Made by a program: the position numbers and the translations under genes. Of a DNA stretch of 64,000 nucleotides, positions 48,169-61,900 are shown in pieces. The stretch is from Phoronis australis (taxonomy: Eukaryota; Animalia; Phoronida). The notes beneath the pieces were generated by a model that was not told the origin of the DNA, did no database searches, and saw nothing but the letters and a program-made list of their open reading frames with translations. Position 1 is the first letter of the stretch, and every line of letters begins with the position of its first letter. Where the stretch lies: the NCBI GenBank assembly GCA_002633005.1, contig NMRA01000793.1, positions 3,106-67,105 of the forward strand, given 5' to 3'.

Positions 48169-51100
48169 GTGTAGAACTCTTTTGGTAAATTATTCAAAAC
48201 ACGTTGGAAGTGGTTGTTTTCTCAGGAGTCGTACAGTATTCCGATATTTAATAAAATCATTATATTTGTATATTTACTATAGTCATTGAGTCGTGTAAAG
48301 GAACAGTAAGACAACCCTGTCCCGAATGCTCACCCAAAAATCTAGATTTTAATTTGAATGTTGTGTCATCTATAAAGTAATACATTTCATGTCTGTAGGT
48401 TCTATAAAGAAGTTGGTATGGATCCTGGTATGTATTGGTGGCTTTATCGCATGGGGTATTCATACTACCACACTGCTGGTCCGCTTCTTCCACTATCCCA
48501 TCGCAGTCACGGTGCAAATTCATACAGCCTCCAATCTAAGTTTCCCGGCTGTAACAGTGTGCAACCTGAACTCCATGCGAAAGTCTCAGATTGACAAACT
48601 TGCAAACTTGACGGATCTTTATGCAAAGGCAAATCAGAATGCAAAAGACGGAGGTACGTGTTTAAAGCCCACTTTTACACCTTATCTATATATAATTAAA
48701 GGAGAGAGCAACCTTTTTTGATGTAATTTTTAGTCAAAATACTGTTCATTTGTTGATTTTCCCAGACATATTAGACATATTAGACATATTTTTAATAAAT
48801 TAGAGCTTCCCTGTAATGTAAGTATTTAATCCTGTCCTATTTTGGACGTGACGTTTAGGGGACTTAGAATTTCCCCCCATTTTGTTTTCATATAGTTTGG
48901 CTGTATGAGCTGTCGAGTCAGTCATTGTTTTACCTCGGTTGTGATAAGTTCGGTCGTTGCTTACGTTTGTTTATGAGTCAGTCAACAAGCCGACCCGCTG
49001 CTGCGTACCAGGATGTAGTCGCTGTCGCCTCACGTGCACTTTGAGTATGACACACCTCGCCGTACTTGGCTTGTTGGTGTGAACAATGAGCTAGACATAG
49101 AACGCATTGTTACCCGTCCACGCAACGTACAAAGCAATGGATAATTACGGAGTGTGCGGTAAGCATTTTCTGCTGTCGGATTGACAACACCTGATGAAGG
49201 GCGCCGTACCGTCGCTGTGATTCCTGGCAATGCCCTGTCGCCATCTCTGAGAACTGCATTTTTTAAGCAATGGCTTGCGAGCTGTGGCCTCTACAGGGGC
49301 TCGAGACCCTTCAGCTACTGTCACCTGTGCCTCCGAATGTACCCCAGAGCTAGGCAATGACCATCGCCTCTGTTGGCCCGAACTAGAGGCGATACAGCTC
49401 CTATAGGCGCTCCTTACGCCAGAGGCTTTTCGGCGAATTATGCCTCGCACTGGCTCAAGCATGAAAGTCACGTTGTTATAAATGCCTTTTGCGTATAGAG
49501 GGACACCTTAGGAGGTTGACGGTGTGTTTAATTCCTTCCAACTCGATCAAATACTTCCGTTATTGAACTTTTTCTTCGAGCAATCACTCGTTCAGTTCCC
49601 AAAATCGTGAACTCACCATTTTTATACTGCGCACGCTTCAATTTTTACCGCTCTCGCTAGTTGAAGTGACTTCATGACCTCAATCTTTAAATAGGCCAAA
49701 GGTGAGCCATTGCGGTCGTGTCAGTCAAATATTCGTTTCCAAAATGCCACCACTTATACTTGTCTTTAATTGGCGTTACTTGAAACTAATTGTATTTCAA
49801 TGAATTATTGTTTGTATTTGATAAAAATAAATGCTGTTGATATGACATTTTATAGTCTTTGTGCACATATTTGACATTTTAATGTTTAACAACACGTCAA
49901 ATGCACGGCTGGTTCCCGGCAGCACGTACGCAAAGGGCGGGAACTTCAGCTTTCAAAGTTCGCTAGTAGGACCGCCACTTCTGACCTTCGGCCTGGTTAA
50001 AAGAATCTCTTGGCGTGCGCCGAGTGAAAATGTTGAGTTCACGATTTCGGGAACTGAAATAGGGAGTGCTCGAAGAAAATGTTTGATAATGGGAGTATTT
50101 GTTCGAGTTAGAAGGAAATAAACGCATCGACAACCTTCTAAGGTGTTCCTCTATGCGCAAAAGGTATTTATAACAACGTGACTTTGACGGTTTAGTCGGT
50201 GGGGGGAAAATTCACCGAAAAGCTTCCGGCGTATGGAGCGCCTATAGGAGCTGCATCGCCTCTGGTTCGGGCTAACAAAGGCGATGGTCATTGCCTACCC
50301 CAGAGCTTGCATTTCCGGAAACTATCAGTGATTCGCCCTCTACTGGTGTTGTCTCCAGCCCAGAGCCCGAGTGTCCCCCAACGCACTCCCTTTGGGTGGT
50401 GTCCTGAGCACCAGAACAACTCACTTCCAGCCGCGTGACTTCATAGGGTCCACACTCCTGGAAAATTCTAAATAGCTCCAAAAGTGAATTTAGTCTTCAA
50501 AAAAACTTATCAAAGTTTGGCGCACCGGCCTGTTCACTGTACGACGAACTGTTTTCCTCACTGGGTAACGAACTGGACCTGTATTCACTCCCACTACTCA
50601 AAATCTTTGCAGGGCTGCTTACAAAGTGCGCGATACACAGCAACCGTGCCAGATGTTCACTGACTCGTAAACAAACGCAAGTGATGACCGAACTTATCAC
50701 GACCGAGGTAAAACAATGACCGAATCGACAGCTTACACTGTCAGACTATATGGAAGCAAAATGGCGGACATTTTTAAACGCCATAAACGCCACTTCCGGA
50801 ATTGGGCAGGTCTAATTAATTTATGAGTGGGATACTCAAGGAACCGTATTTTTTATTAAAACGATATGAAAATTAGTTGCGTTCTCCTTTAAAGTGTTTT
50901 ATTTTTAAGCTTCCCAGCTAGTGCAATAAGGTTCTAAGACTTCGTGCGCACGTTAGCCTTGTAGCTGCAAATGAAACGTTTGGTGTTGTATTACTCGTTG
51001 GTGGTGAACAATGTGGCCTTAACGAGACATACGGGGAAAAATGTGCTTGGGCATTGGTTTTAGCTGTGCTTGACGTTTTATATTTATACACTTAGATCAA

Positions 51101-54100
51101 TGTGATAGAGCAACACCAAAGCATGTGCACATGCTTCGTAGTCGCCGATTGTGTATTTAGTAATGGGCGATTTTCAAATCACTTTGTCACATTATGTGTG
51201 GGCCATTAAGCACGTGGCACCCTTACCCTACGAACACCTAGTGCTACTGCACTGGCGTTTGCTCCGCAGACTCGAGAATCTCGCCAACGGGCCAGATCAT
51301 ACAAGAAAACGCAAAATTAGTTAAAGCAAAAGAATAAAACAATTCGGTAAGTTTTTTTTGGTGGAGACTGAAAACGTGACATTCTTCCAGATAAAAGAAA
51401 AGTCCATGCTGTCTACGTTGCTCGTTTGAGAGGATCAATAGCGGGAATCGAGGAAGAAGAGAAACGCAAAGCAGGACACCAATTCGGAGACTTCGTCATT
51501 CACTGTAAATGGAAAGAATACGATTGTCTTCACAGGTAGCTAGCACATCGTGGCCCTCCGCGTTATGTTTTATTGTGGCATAGTGGCCCAAAAGGAATCG
51601 CGTTGTCTATGTAGCTAAAGTACAGGTAAGGGCGTAGCAAAAACCATTGACCCATAGAAGTCCAGCGTTAAAAGACTTGAGGCAACGTGGGGTGAAAATG
51701 ACAGTGACCGAGGGGAGGATGGGTGGCGGTGATTGGCGAAGATCGTGGCGACGGCGAGGGAAGAGGCTCAGACATCGTGTCGATGGGGGGGACAAACGTT
51801 CTCTTCATAGGGGGGTATTTTCTCCAGTTTGGGTCGCGGACTAAGTGGATCATTTCGATAAATGTGGGGACAGGGAAGGTGACATTTTCGCGACGGGGAG
51901 GGTTGAAAACTGTGACGACCTAATGACCAAAAGATAATGTGATGATCCGAATGTCAGTCAAAGACCCCGGTGAATATATGTCGTTTACGAGTTCTCCGCT
52001 AGGTGAAAATGCTAAAAGTGCAGTAAAAGCTAAACAGTAAAACGACGAATGTTTGAATGACCAGTACCTTTGAAATGCTTGACTTCCCGTGAAGTTATAT
52101 TAACTGTATCATTTCTGAAGATACATTTCTTCTTACAATTGTAATGGGTCTATTCGATGCGGTGTCGCTGCTGTACTAGTGGTGATTGAATTGCGCATGC
52201 GTCGCTGTCTGCATGTAAACAGCTGGTAAAATGACGGAATTCTTATCAAAATACGTCGTCGCGCTAAGCCTTATTACTGCTATTTTCCGGGGTGCAAGTT
52301 TTCGACAGGTGGCCACAAATTCCTAAAGTTAACACAGACGTGGAAAAATGCGGTCAAAAGGGTCATTCAAGTGACAAAAAAGTGTTTGGATGCCGAAGCC
52401 TCAACTATGCTATGTCCAATAAAATTCTCTAGATGAGTTAGTTTCCTTATTTTATAGCAGACCCCACCCCCAAGGACTACCAGATTATAGTTACCGAATT
52501 ATTAATAACATGAATGAGCTATTCAGTAAATTCGTAACGTTGCATTGGGATAATATTGACACCTAGAATGAATTTTAGGTGTCATGAAAAATACACATTC
52601 TTAAATCACTTTTTTCCTGTTTCGCATATTTTAATTCAGATCTTAAATAAGACTAGGTTACAACGATTATTAATTTCTACCTATAAACATGAAGATGAAA
52701 TGTCAAGTAAGGTCTGCTTTACAAAAGTATTTTTGTCTTAGGTTTTCTTTTATAATTTCCTAATAATTTTATTTCATGAAAAGCAGTCCTTCAGCAATAA
52801 CCTGAGAGAACTGAAACTCTCAATTCAGAAAGTCAACCCTTGATATCCCTGATTATAGAGTCTGTTGCATTGGGAAATTTACAATTATTTTTAAAAAAAT
52901 ATTGTTATTCCTTTGTATGTATGTGGTTGTTCAGTTTGCCATTTTGTTTTTTAATACACTGATTATTGTTTATTCTCGAATCTTGTACAGTGTACGTACA
53001 GTGTACAGTAGCAGATTCTTATCCAGCTAGCTACGATTGAAAACATACTTTGCTTGCATGTGGAACTTATAGACAAGTTAATACAAAACTTAAAATTGTT
53101 CAAAGGCCCTCTTCAAAAAGCTCTAAAATAGTTTCACACATAAACAAATCAAATGCAATCAAAGAGAATACTTCGTTTTGATCACCGGACATTTCTATAG
53201 GTCAACAGAAAAAATCTCAATTCGCAAGCGTAATCGGTAATCACTTCAGCTTTATAAAGAAGCAGCGCACGTGCATTGTATTGGGCTTTAAAACTGAAGA
53301 AATATTGTGATTTGAATAATTACTGGCAAACTTGCTTGTTGATGAAAAATTTATTTAATCATCAAAGTGTCACATTTACTTGCTTTTTATTGACAATAAG
53401 ACAATCGATGGAGTCACTGAATGTCATTTCCGCATAATGCATACCAACTTGAAAAGTTTTTACCATTAGTATCAAGCCTTTCTTCTGGAAGGAAAGTTTA
53501 ATGTCACTCAGTGAGAAAGGACAAGTATTTATGCCAGATGCTTTTGGATTTCATTTCACTGGGATCGAGCTTCAATGGCCTATAGAACCGCATGTAAAAA
53601 GCCCAGTTACGGAGATCCTTGAAGGTAAACACAAAATTATATCACTTGAATCGCTTTGTGCCCAAAATCTGACCCTGAACTAGAACAGAGTGTTGCTAGG
53701 TCTTCATTAGCTTAAGTCCTTCATGTTTCTTCCAAAAAAGGAAATAAGCCATTGTTGCCCACACATGACTCATTGCCTACGAAAGGTCATCCTTACCAGC
53801 GAGGCTGGCTGGTGTAGCAGTCAGATGTAGTTCCTCTTCACACACAAACAATCCAATGGCTCATTTTCTTATGGTAACTAAGTACTGCGATTCACATTTC
53901 TCAGCCCGGGCCGCTGGCTTGTACATTGGACCATGCAGCACTGCTGGTGTGTAGACGACATGCTGCGGGAAGAGAAATGAGTAACAAAGAATAATTAAGT
54001 ACGTCAGGTTGGGTAAAAATTTTTCCCCTAGTTTTTCAAAACTATGATATGATAACTGCTTTACAATTTCAAACAAAATTAAATTATTACTATTTCCAGA

Positions 54101-57100
54101 AAGCAAGGGTGTATATGATAAAATAAGTATTGATTTGTATAGCATTGCGTCTTTATTTTTCATTCCTAGCCAAAACAAAATATTTGATACTTGAGTTATT
54201 TGAGACAACTTCAAACCTTTGTTACCCATTTTCAAGCTATTTGATTTTTGATTCTTTCAGTAATTTTAAACACAGATTCAATGGTGTGTGAATCACACTG
54301 TCTTTTGGTCTAAGGCTGAGGGAATCGTTTCTAAGATTTCTTTAGTTTTCTTCCAATAGAAAATATGAAGACTTGGGTCATTTAAAATGATGGATAATCT
54401 TTCTCTTGTTTAAGGTTAATTAAAAATCCTTTGGCACCATTGCTTGCATTTTGGGAGTAAGAATAATATTTTCAAATACGACGTCACTCGTATGTTCACA
54501 GCAAAAATGCAATTAATATGAATTTATAAACCACTTTCAACATTTCAAGGCATGAGTTAAGACTGCTCAGTCATTGAGAATTCTGAAAATGAAAATGTAA
54601 TATATTGTTATGGGCTTACAATGGATAGCAAGCTTCGTGAAACTTGAAAGAACTTCATTAAGGTTGAGAATTACCTAGTTATTACCTGTCATTTCCACAC
54701 ATTCAGTTGCACCAAATTTTACACCCCAACCCCCTATGCCTACCTCCCGCTGAGGACCTGGCAAAACAACTTACATGCTTTTCTTTAAAAATAGCTTCCC
54801 TTTTCAAAGGCTTTGTTCTTTGTCTCCGATATAGAAAAGTACGCCTTGACAATAGATCTGCACTGGATATGAAGATTTTACTGGTTATCTGTAGTCAACT
54901 GCTTAAAACCAATTTTTGTCCATTCAGTGACGGTTGCAGAAATGCTGCATATCTCCTCTGTACGGCACGATCCCTCAAACCTAAAAAACAAAGGTCACGT
55001 GAAAACAGACATGATATATTTCCATGTCAACGCGTAATAGATTTTCGGATGACAAAGGATTGGGAGTAAACAAGTAGTCTAATGGATATTTGTTACGTAC
55101 CCTTTGGGTTCGGATTTTAGTCTTACCTCACTAACCAATATCGAGTGGATAACATAAACATTCAGCATTGATTGATGTAACTGTATAAACCTGTTAGAAA
55201 TGATCATTCCAAACATTAATAATGCTGCTGTGAGGTAGGAAAAGATCCCGAGGGCTACGTCAAGTATCGTAACACACATCACAACAAACAATAATTTACC
55301 CGACTGGCAACTACCGCGAAGTCGGCATCGGCCAGTACCTCTGTTAACAGGCATCAGTATTGTAAACATGGGATAATCTTTAGTATAATCTCACCTTTCT
55401 ATTAGACCATGCTTACTTCCTCTGGTAGAAGTACCCTCTTACTTCCTCTCGTAGAAATATCCTTTTCACGCAATCTCAGATTCAGTTGGCACGTCTGAAA
55501 GCCATTTCACCTTGAATAAAACGGCTCGCAAAATCGAGGCTGTTTAATCTATTACCACTAGTACACGCGCGCCCTCTAGTAATGTAAAAATTCTCGAATA
55601 GCCCCATTTGAACGTGTGCGGGTAAATACTAGATGTGCCATACGTGTGTGATGAGTATGACACTAAATCCTGAATTTCAAGGTACAGACGTCCAATCCTG
55701 TTTGGAATTTAAGGTAAGAATGGTATGATTTAGGATTGGTTAAAACGTGTGTTTCCTAGATGAGAGTGAGTTTCCAAGTGTCAGCCAATCAAAAAGCAGA
55801 CCAGATCGAGGTTTAGTGTTTTGGAAAATTAAAATTTCAACGATTGTTCAATTGTTAATGGCTTGTAGTGAAGTTAACGATGAATGGTCACGTTGCATGT
55901 ATGAAATTTAACCGTCAATGCATACAGTGTACGTTTAAATGGTTTTACCCTCGAGAAAAAGAGTCCTAGTTCCTTGAAAAGCCGCGGGACATCAATTGGT
56001 CAAGCTGGTGTTATTGAAGTAATAAACACGATAACGTAACTAAGTAACTGACAAACATGATATCGAGGGAGTTTGGGTGATGTCTTCACCAAATAGTTAC
56101 ATACGTCGTATTCTCTTTCAGGGACGACTTTGTTTCCTTCTTCGATCCCAGGTATGGCAATTGCTTCACGTACAACAGCGGTGCTCGTTACTTCCAGAAA
56201 ACTAAGCACGGTGTTGTACATGGAACCGGTCCCGAACACGGTAATATTTGCTACAGCAGTTTTGAGAGAGGAAAATGCGGTAAATATACATCGGCAGTTC
56301 GATATTGAAGAAAATTTTGATTGCGCTAGCAGAATTTATTTTAAATGTGTGGAAATGGACTTTTGCCAAGCTTGAGGAGGCGAAAACTGGGATATTACTG
56401 ACCTCGACGACATATAGATGTTTCCGGGTAAAAATCTAAATCAGTTTTTGTGCATAACATAAAAATCGTTTTTTTTTTGCCAAACTCGGATCTACCAATT
56501 TGAAGGTTAAACTTTCGTTTGAATGACGCAAAAAAGATTTGTCGTCTTTGTGAGAAACAGAACATATGTCACCCTTTTCAGCTTAGTGATTGACAGCGAA
56601 CTGATCAAAGTTTTTAATTGCCGGTGGCATTGTCTGACCGACTGGTTTTCACACCCCCATACATGTAGATTAGATGCTATTGGTACGGCATATAGCTCTA
56701 CTTGTATGACATTGCGATTTCAACAAGATTTGTTTTGTCTTTGAGGCCTAACGATGATCCTGAACCTGGAGCAAAACGAGTACCTGTCCTTGACAGAAGG
56801 CGCAGGAGTTCGCGTTGTTATCCACAATGACACTGTGATGCCTTTCCCATATGACGAAGGGATAAATCTGGAGCCGGGGAAGCTTCATATGATCGGCATG
56901 AGACAGGTAGACTAAGAGCTTTCGATAAGAATTAGGTACCGCGGTTGAGAACACGTCTTCCACGCACAAATACATCTTGTGAAATCATGCGAATTCACGC
57001 CCGCCTAAAAGGAAGGAAGTTCCAACATAAAACTGATTTTAACCGGTTTCGCTGCTGAAACAACACGAAAACGTGAATATTAACGATTATAATTACAATT

Positions 57101-58862
57101 AAGCTTTGATTTGCTAGTGCGGTTTGTACTTCCCATTTGAACCGGTCGTGCACTTCCCGTTGAAAGCCCGTGGTTCTCATTTCCTGGCCAAGAATGCCTG
57201 ATATTCACGCGGGAACATACGATCTCTGGTTCTGCGAAGTACATGTATTAATTCAGTCCATGGGCCAAACTGTAGAGTTTTGTAGCACACTAGCCGACCA
57301 TAGACTAAAGATTAACTCTTTCAATGTAGCTTGCCAGATGTTCACGGTGTTGTGGACAAGATCCTGTATTTGGGGCGTTGCGGCTAATCTGATGTGTTCT
57401 AGTAAAAGTTCATTGTTTGAGCAAGTGAATGCGCCAATGTTATTTTCGTTTCTCATTGATTCTTTTCATTTTTGCTCATTATGTGTAGGTTCAAATTTGT
57501 CGGATAGGAGAGCCTCACGCTAAATGTGAGGACCCATCCGTGTCAAACAAATCTCGCAACCTGTACGAAGAAGATCATGGGGTGTACTATTCGCAGCAGG
57601 TAAGAGGATGCTGAATTTAAAGTTGCTATGAATCTACCTCTCACCAAGTCAACGGTCAAACGAAAATATACAGCATCTTAAAACTCCTATCGACACGTTC
57701 CCTGGTGAGAAATGAAGTGGTCTAACGCGAAGAAATGTTTTCAAAAACGGCGGGTTTATATCAGTGTTATCAGTGAAGCTACAGTAGATGAATACTGTCT
57801 AACCCGGGCTGACAAATACGGCGACTATTGCACCCAGGGACAAGTACCGTATGCATTGCCATAACGGGTCTCGTTTGTTTTCATTTGTTGTTTTACAGAT
57901 GAAATAAATAAATTTCAGTAATAAGGCAATGTAGGAATGATTGATAGTATGAGAATAATGTAAAATTGGGAACGTTGTCGTTGCTTTCTAGTTATCTTCT
58001 CTTGTTAAGTCAAAAACACGTTTTCATAATAAAAATGAATCAAGTCTTAGAACTTAACTAGAAAAAGTGGTCATAGTGACAGTGGGAATCGAATTTATAG
58101 TCTGTCAAGTTTTAAGTAATGACAAAAATTTACGAAGGCATAGGGAGCAAGTTTAGTTTGTTTTTTAATCTCATCACATTCTAATAATATCATTGTGTTA
58201 CCATAGGTGGCGGCTTTTTAGACAATGTACAACAAACCCGCAATGTTCTAGCACTGGTAGCATGAATTCATGACGTTTTTGACTCGTATAGCAAATGTCG
58301 GAGATCAAATATACAGTGTAACGTTACGGCGACGATCATTGAGAAAAATATGATCCTGTCACGTGCCAATTAAAACAGAATCAATAGAGCTTCCTGACGT
58401 CTGATTTGGACATATTTTTGGTTATTTCAGGCTTGTAAAAAGTCATGCTTCCAACTAATTTTAAAAAAGCGTTGTGGTTGCTATTCAGAGAACTATCCGC
58501 TTCAGTCAGAAGGAGCTTCGAACTTTTCTGGTGATAAACTTTGCATTGCCAATGAAGATGCAGGTAAGAGCACTAGCCTACAAAGAAGATAATTCTCCGC
58601 AGATATAGCTAAAATACTGTTACAAGAAGAAGAAGAAGAAGAAGAAGAAGAATAAGAAGAACATCTACTGCCACTGCTTCGGTTTCAGCATTGTTACCGT
58701 ATCGTCGCACCATTAGGTCTATGGGCGTCTGTGCGCAACAGCGCTTATATGCGAAACCTAGTCGCATGCACCAATACGCAGGTATAAAAGGACGCGAAGA
58801 AAGGCATTATTTTGAATATACTACTACCTTACAAGCCTACTGCTGCTACTACTGCTATTACA

Positions 58863-58918
<56 letters not shown>

Positions 58919-61900
58919 CACTGCGCAGTTGCTGCCTCAGCCGCTGCCTCTGCTACTGCTTATGTCGCAACTGCCACGATGTACAGCAATTACTACTTTT
59001 ATACTACCGCCACTGCTATGCGCCGCTTTGGCTGCAGTTTGCCAAAAATAATTTTCTGAGAGTCATGTTGGTTGCATGACAATTGGCAATTTGTAACCAT
59101 TAGGCGGTCTTTCTCGCGCTATTACCTCTCCTTGGTGACACGCCAGTATCGTGAAGTAATTCTGTTGATGGTGTCATTCCTTTATTATTTCAGTTAGGTG
59201 TCGAGACAATGTGACTCTGGGTTTCGTGGATGGTGAAACTAAGTGTGACTGTCCTTTGCCGTGCTCGTAAGTATGACTTTTAATCTTAGTTGAAATTCAA
59301 TTCATCTGCGTCTGCAAAAAGTGCAAAAAGTAAAATTGATGTGACATTAGAGACAATACTTTACAAGCCTCATGTTGATCGACATTATCTGACTTTTAAA
59401 TTGAGTGTCAATGTAGAGTTGTAGAGTCAAGACACTCTTCTGATAGAACATTCATGCATACATGTGCATACTGAACAGTGCGTCATAAATGTCGAATTTG
59501 CGACCTGGAGAGGTTTCGTAGACAGAACTTCTTGCAAGAACAGCAAGATCTCGCAAGACCTCGCAAAACCAAGTCAGTGAAAAGCAAATGTTTCGAGAGA
59601 GTATGAATGCTCGGGAGCTTAATATCCTGTCCCAATATGGCGGCCGCTGAAGCGATTCAGTAGTGTAAGGCGAGGTTGGAGTGTTGAATGGTGGCCGGGA
59701 TTGAAGTCACTGCTTCCGTTCTTTGAGCGAAGATTGTTCGCCACAAGTGCAAGCCAATGTCTTGAGGTCTACGGAGCTCAGTCCCGTTGGTACTTTTGAT
59801 ACAAGAGTCACGTTTTGCGCCCATCCTAAACCAATGGACTTCCCCGCCTTGTCTATTATCTGTTTGTGTTTAAGAGATCACGTGATTGTGATACGAGACT
59901 CTTAGTAAGAGTTGCACGTTGATTCCTGATCCTTTTTGATGTCGGTTATCCTCTATTCAGCCACAAATTGGCGTTTGAAGATATGTCAAAGTTGCTTGTT
60001 TCCCGCACCCCTATCCAGCCCGCTTCATCAAGGGGCTTTTAAACTTGTTGTTAATGCTAATTATCTCTACACGAAGACCAAGTCGATAAACGCATTTTAT
60101 TTTCAGGGAATCGACTCACTTGTTGACATCAAGTTCTGCAAAATGGCCAAGTGATCCTTATAAGGTAATCCTTTCATTAAGAACAACTGTAATCATATCA
60201 ATAGATCATATCCATGAAAACAAGTCTCCGGTGGAAGAAATCTACCTTTGGTGATTACCCGAATAACACTTCCGCCATGAAATAGTGCAAAGTGATAGAT
60301 CTAACACGGTATCCTGTGCCTTCTTGTTTGCCTCAATCTCTTTGTCGGTTTTAAAGATTCGAGCATACCTGAAAATTGTGAATTTTAACAAATTTCTTTC
60401 TGTAGTGACATTTATGTTTTAATACGCCAGTTCTCACACCGCTTATTTCCGTGAAATGACCCCGCAGTTCTGATTGGGCAAACCTTTGAAAAAGAGACAA
60501 TGACGCTCAATGTAAATTTCTGGGTTGCATCATTTTTTGGCGCAAAACTCCAGGAAGTAGCCAAGAGATCACTTGAGTCACATTCCTGAACTTGAGTGCA
60601 TGGCAATCGGAGTGGATGAACATGTATGTTTTATCGAGAAAGAGTGACTGCATGTTTTTGGTTGATAAATGTGCAATTTCTGTACAAGGACATGCATTTG
60701 CGGTTGCCGAAAAACTGATGTAACTTATTATATCACTTAATTTACTACCTGTCCAGACATACTTTATTCAGTTGCATATCTACCAATAGACTTCGTTCTT
60801 TTGACACAGAAAATATGAAAAAATGACAAATTCGTGCCGTCGTTTGCACCACCGTGAAAATTGTTAGTAAGGAGCTGAGAGGTGCGGAAACGAGGTATTG
60901 CATATGCAAGTACAAGTGGGGTTTCAGACTTTCGCTTCAGATTACGTTACTTGGTGGATTCCCATCATTTTTAGGATAATGCACAGCTGCGTTTTCATCG
61001 CATCGAGTGTGCATAAAATGGTGGTATGGAAATCTGTGGTGTGACGTATTCTTATCGTACTTTACTCGTAGTCCTATTAAGACAATATATGCCGTCGACA
61101 TCGACACATGTCGTCACCCGCGCGACAATACAATGTCACGTATGTGACGTGGGCGGTAATATATGCCGTGAACACTAGCCCTATATTGTTACCTCGTTCA
61201 TGGACAACAACATTCGACATAAATTGTCCCTATCCATTTATGTTGAAAAGTAGTCTGTTTATCACGGGTTTTCGGCATATATGTGCATCCAGAATTATGG
61301 GGAAGAAACTGTAAAAATTTCAAAACGAAACTGTATAGCTTGTAGAACGTGACAAATCTGCGGGAAATACTAGGTGCTGATGATGATGGTAACGATGGCG
61401 ATGACGATGATGATAAGACTTGCGTACCAGATCTTCAGTGCAGGGCTAGTTGATAACACACAGACCGTGGTAGAGTTCAGTAACGCTTGTCTCTAAGCTT
61501 CATGTAGGACCTCGTTAAAATGCAAGACTTCGCGAGATTACTTGAGATATTGCTGCGTATTTTAAATACGCGGGATTGTGGTTAGATTTTTGTAGCCGCA
61601 AGTCAGCTACTGAATTCCAACCGTACAGCACCACCGGGAATTAATTATGTTCATTTTCTAGATTGAAACATTGGGGAGATAATATCCCTCTCCATCCTTA
61701 AGATCATTTATTTCTAGGTCTAAAACGAGGATTTTCAATGGATTTCGGAGTTAAACCCAGGGGAAATCGGGTGTTCGATATCCGTTGTCGAGAATGAAAA
61801 TGTTCAAAAAGTCCAACATCCTAGGTTTGAAACTCCAAACTCGATGGCAATTCATTTCAAGTGCAAAACTTTTTGAAAGTTCGAAGCCAGTCTAGTGGAC

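Noticed and set aside
58691-59059. Poly-Tyr/poly-Thr ORFs
   Set aside because: Translations of a (TAC)n microsatellite.
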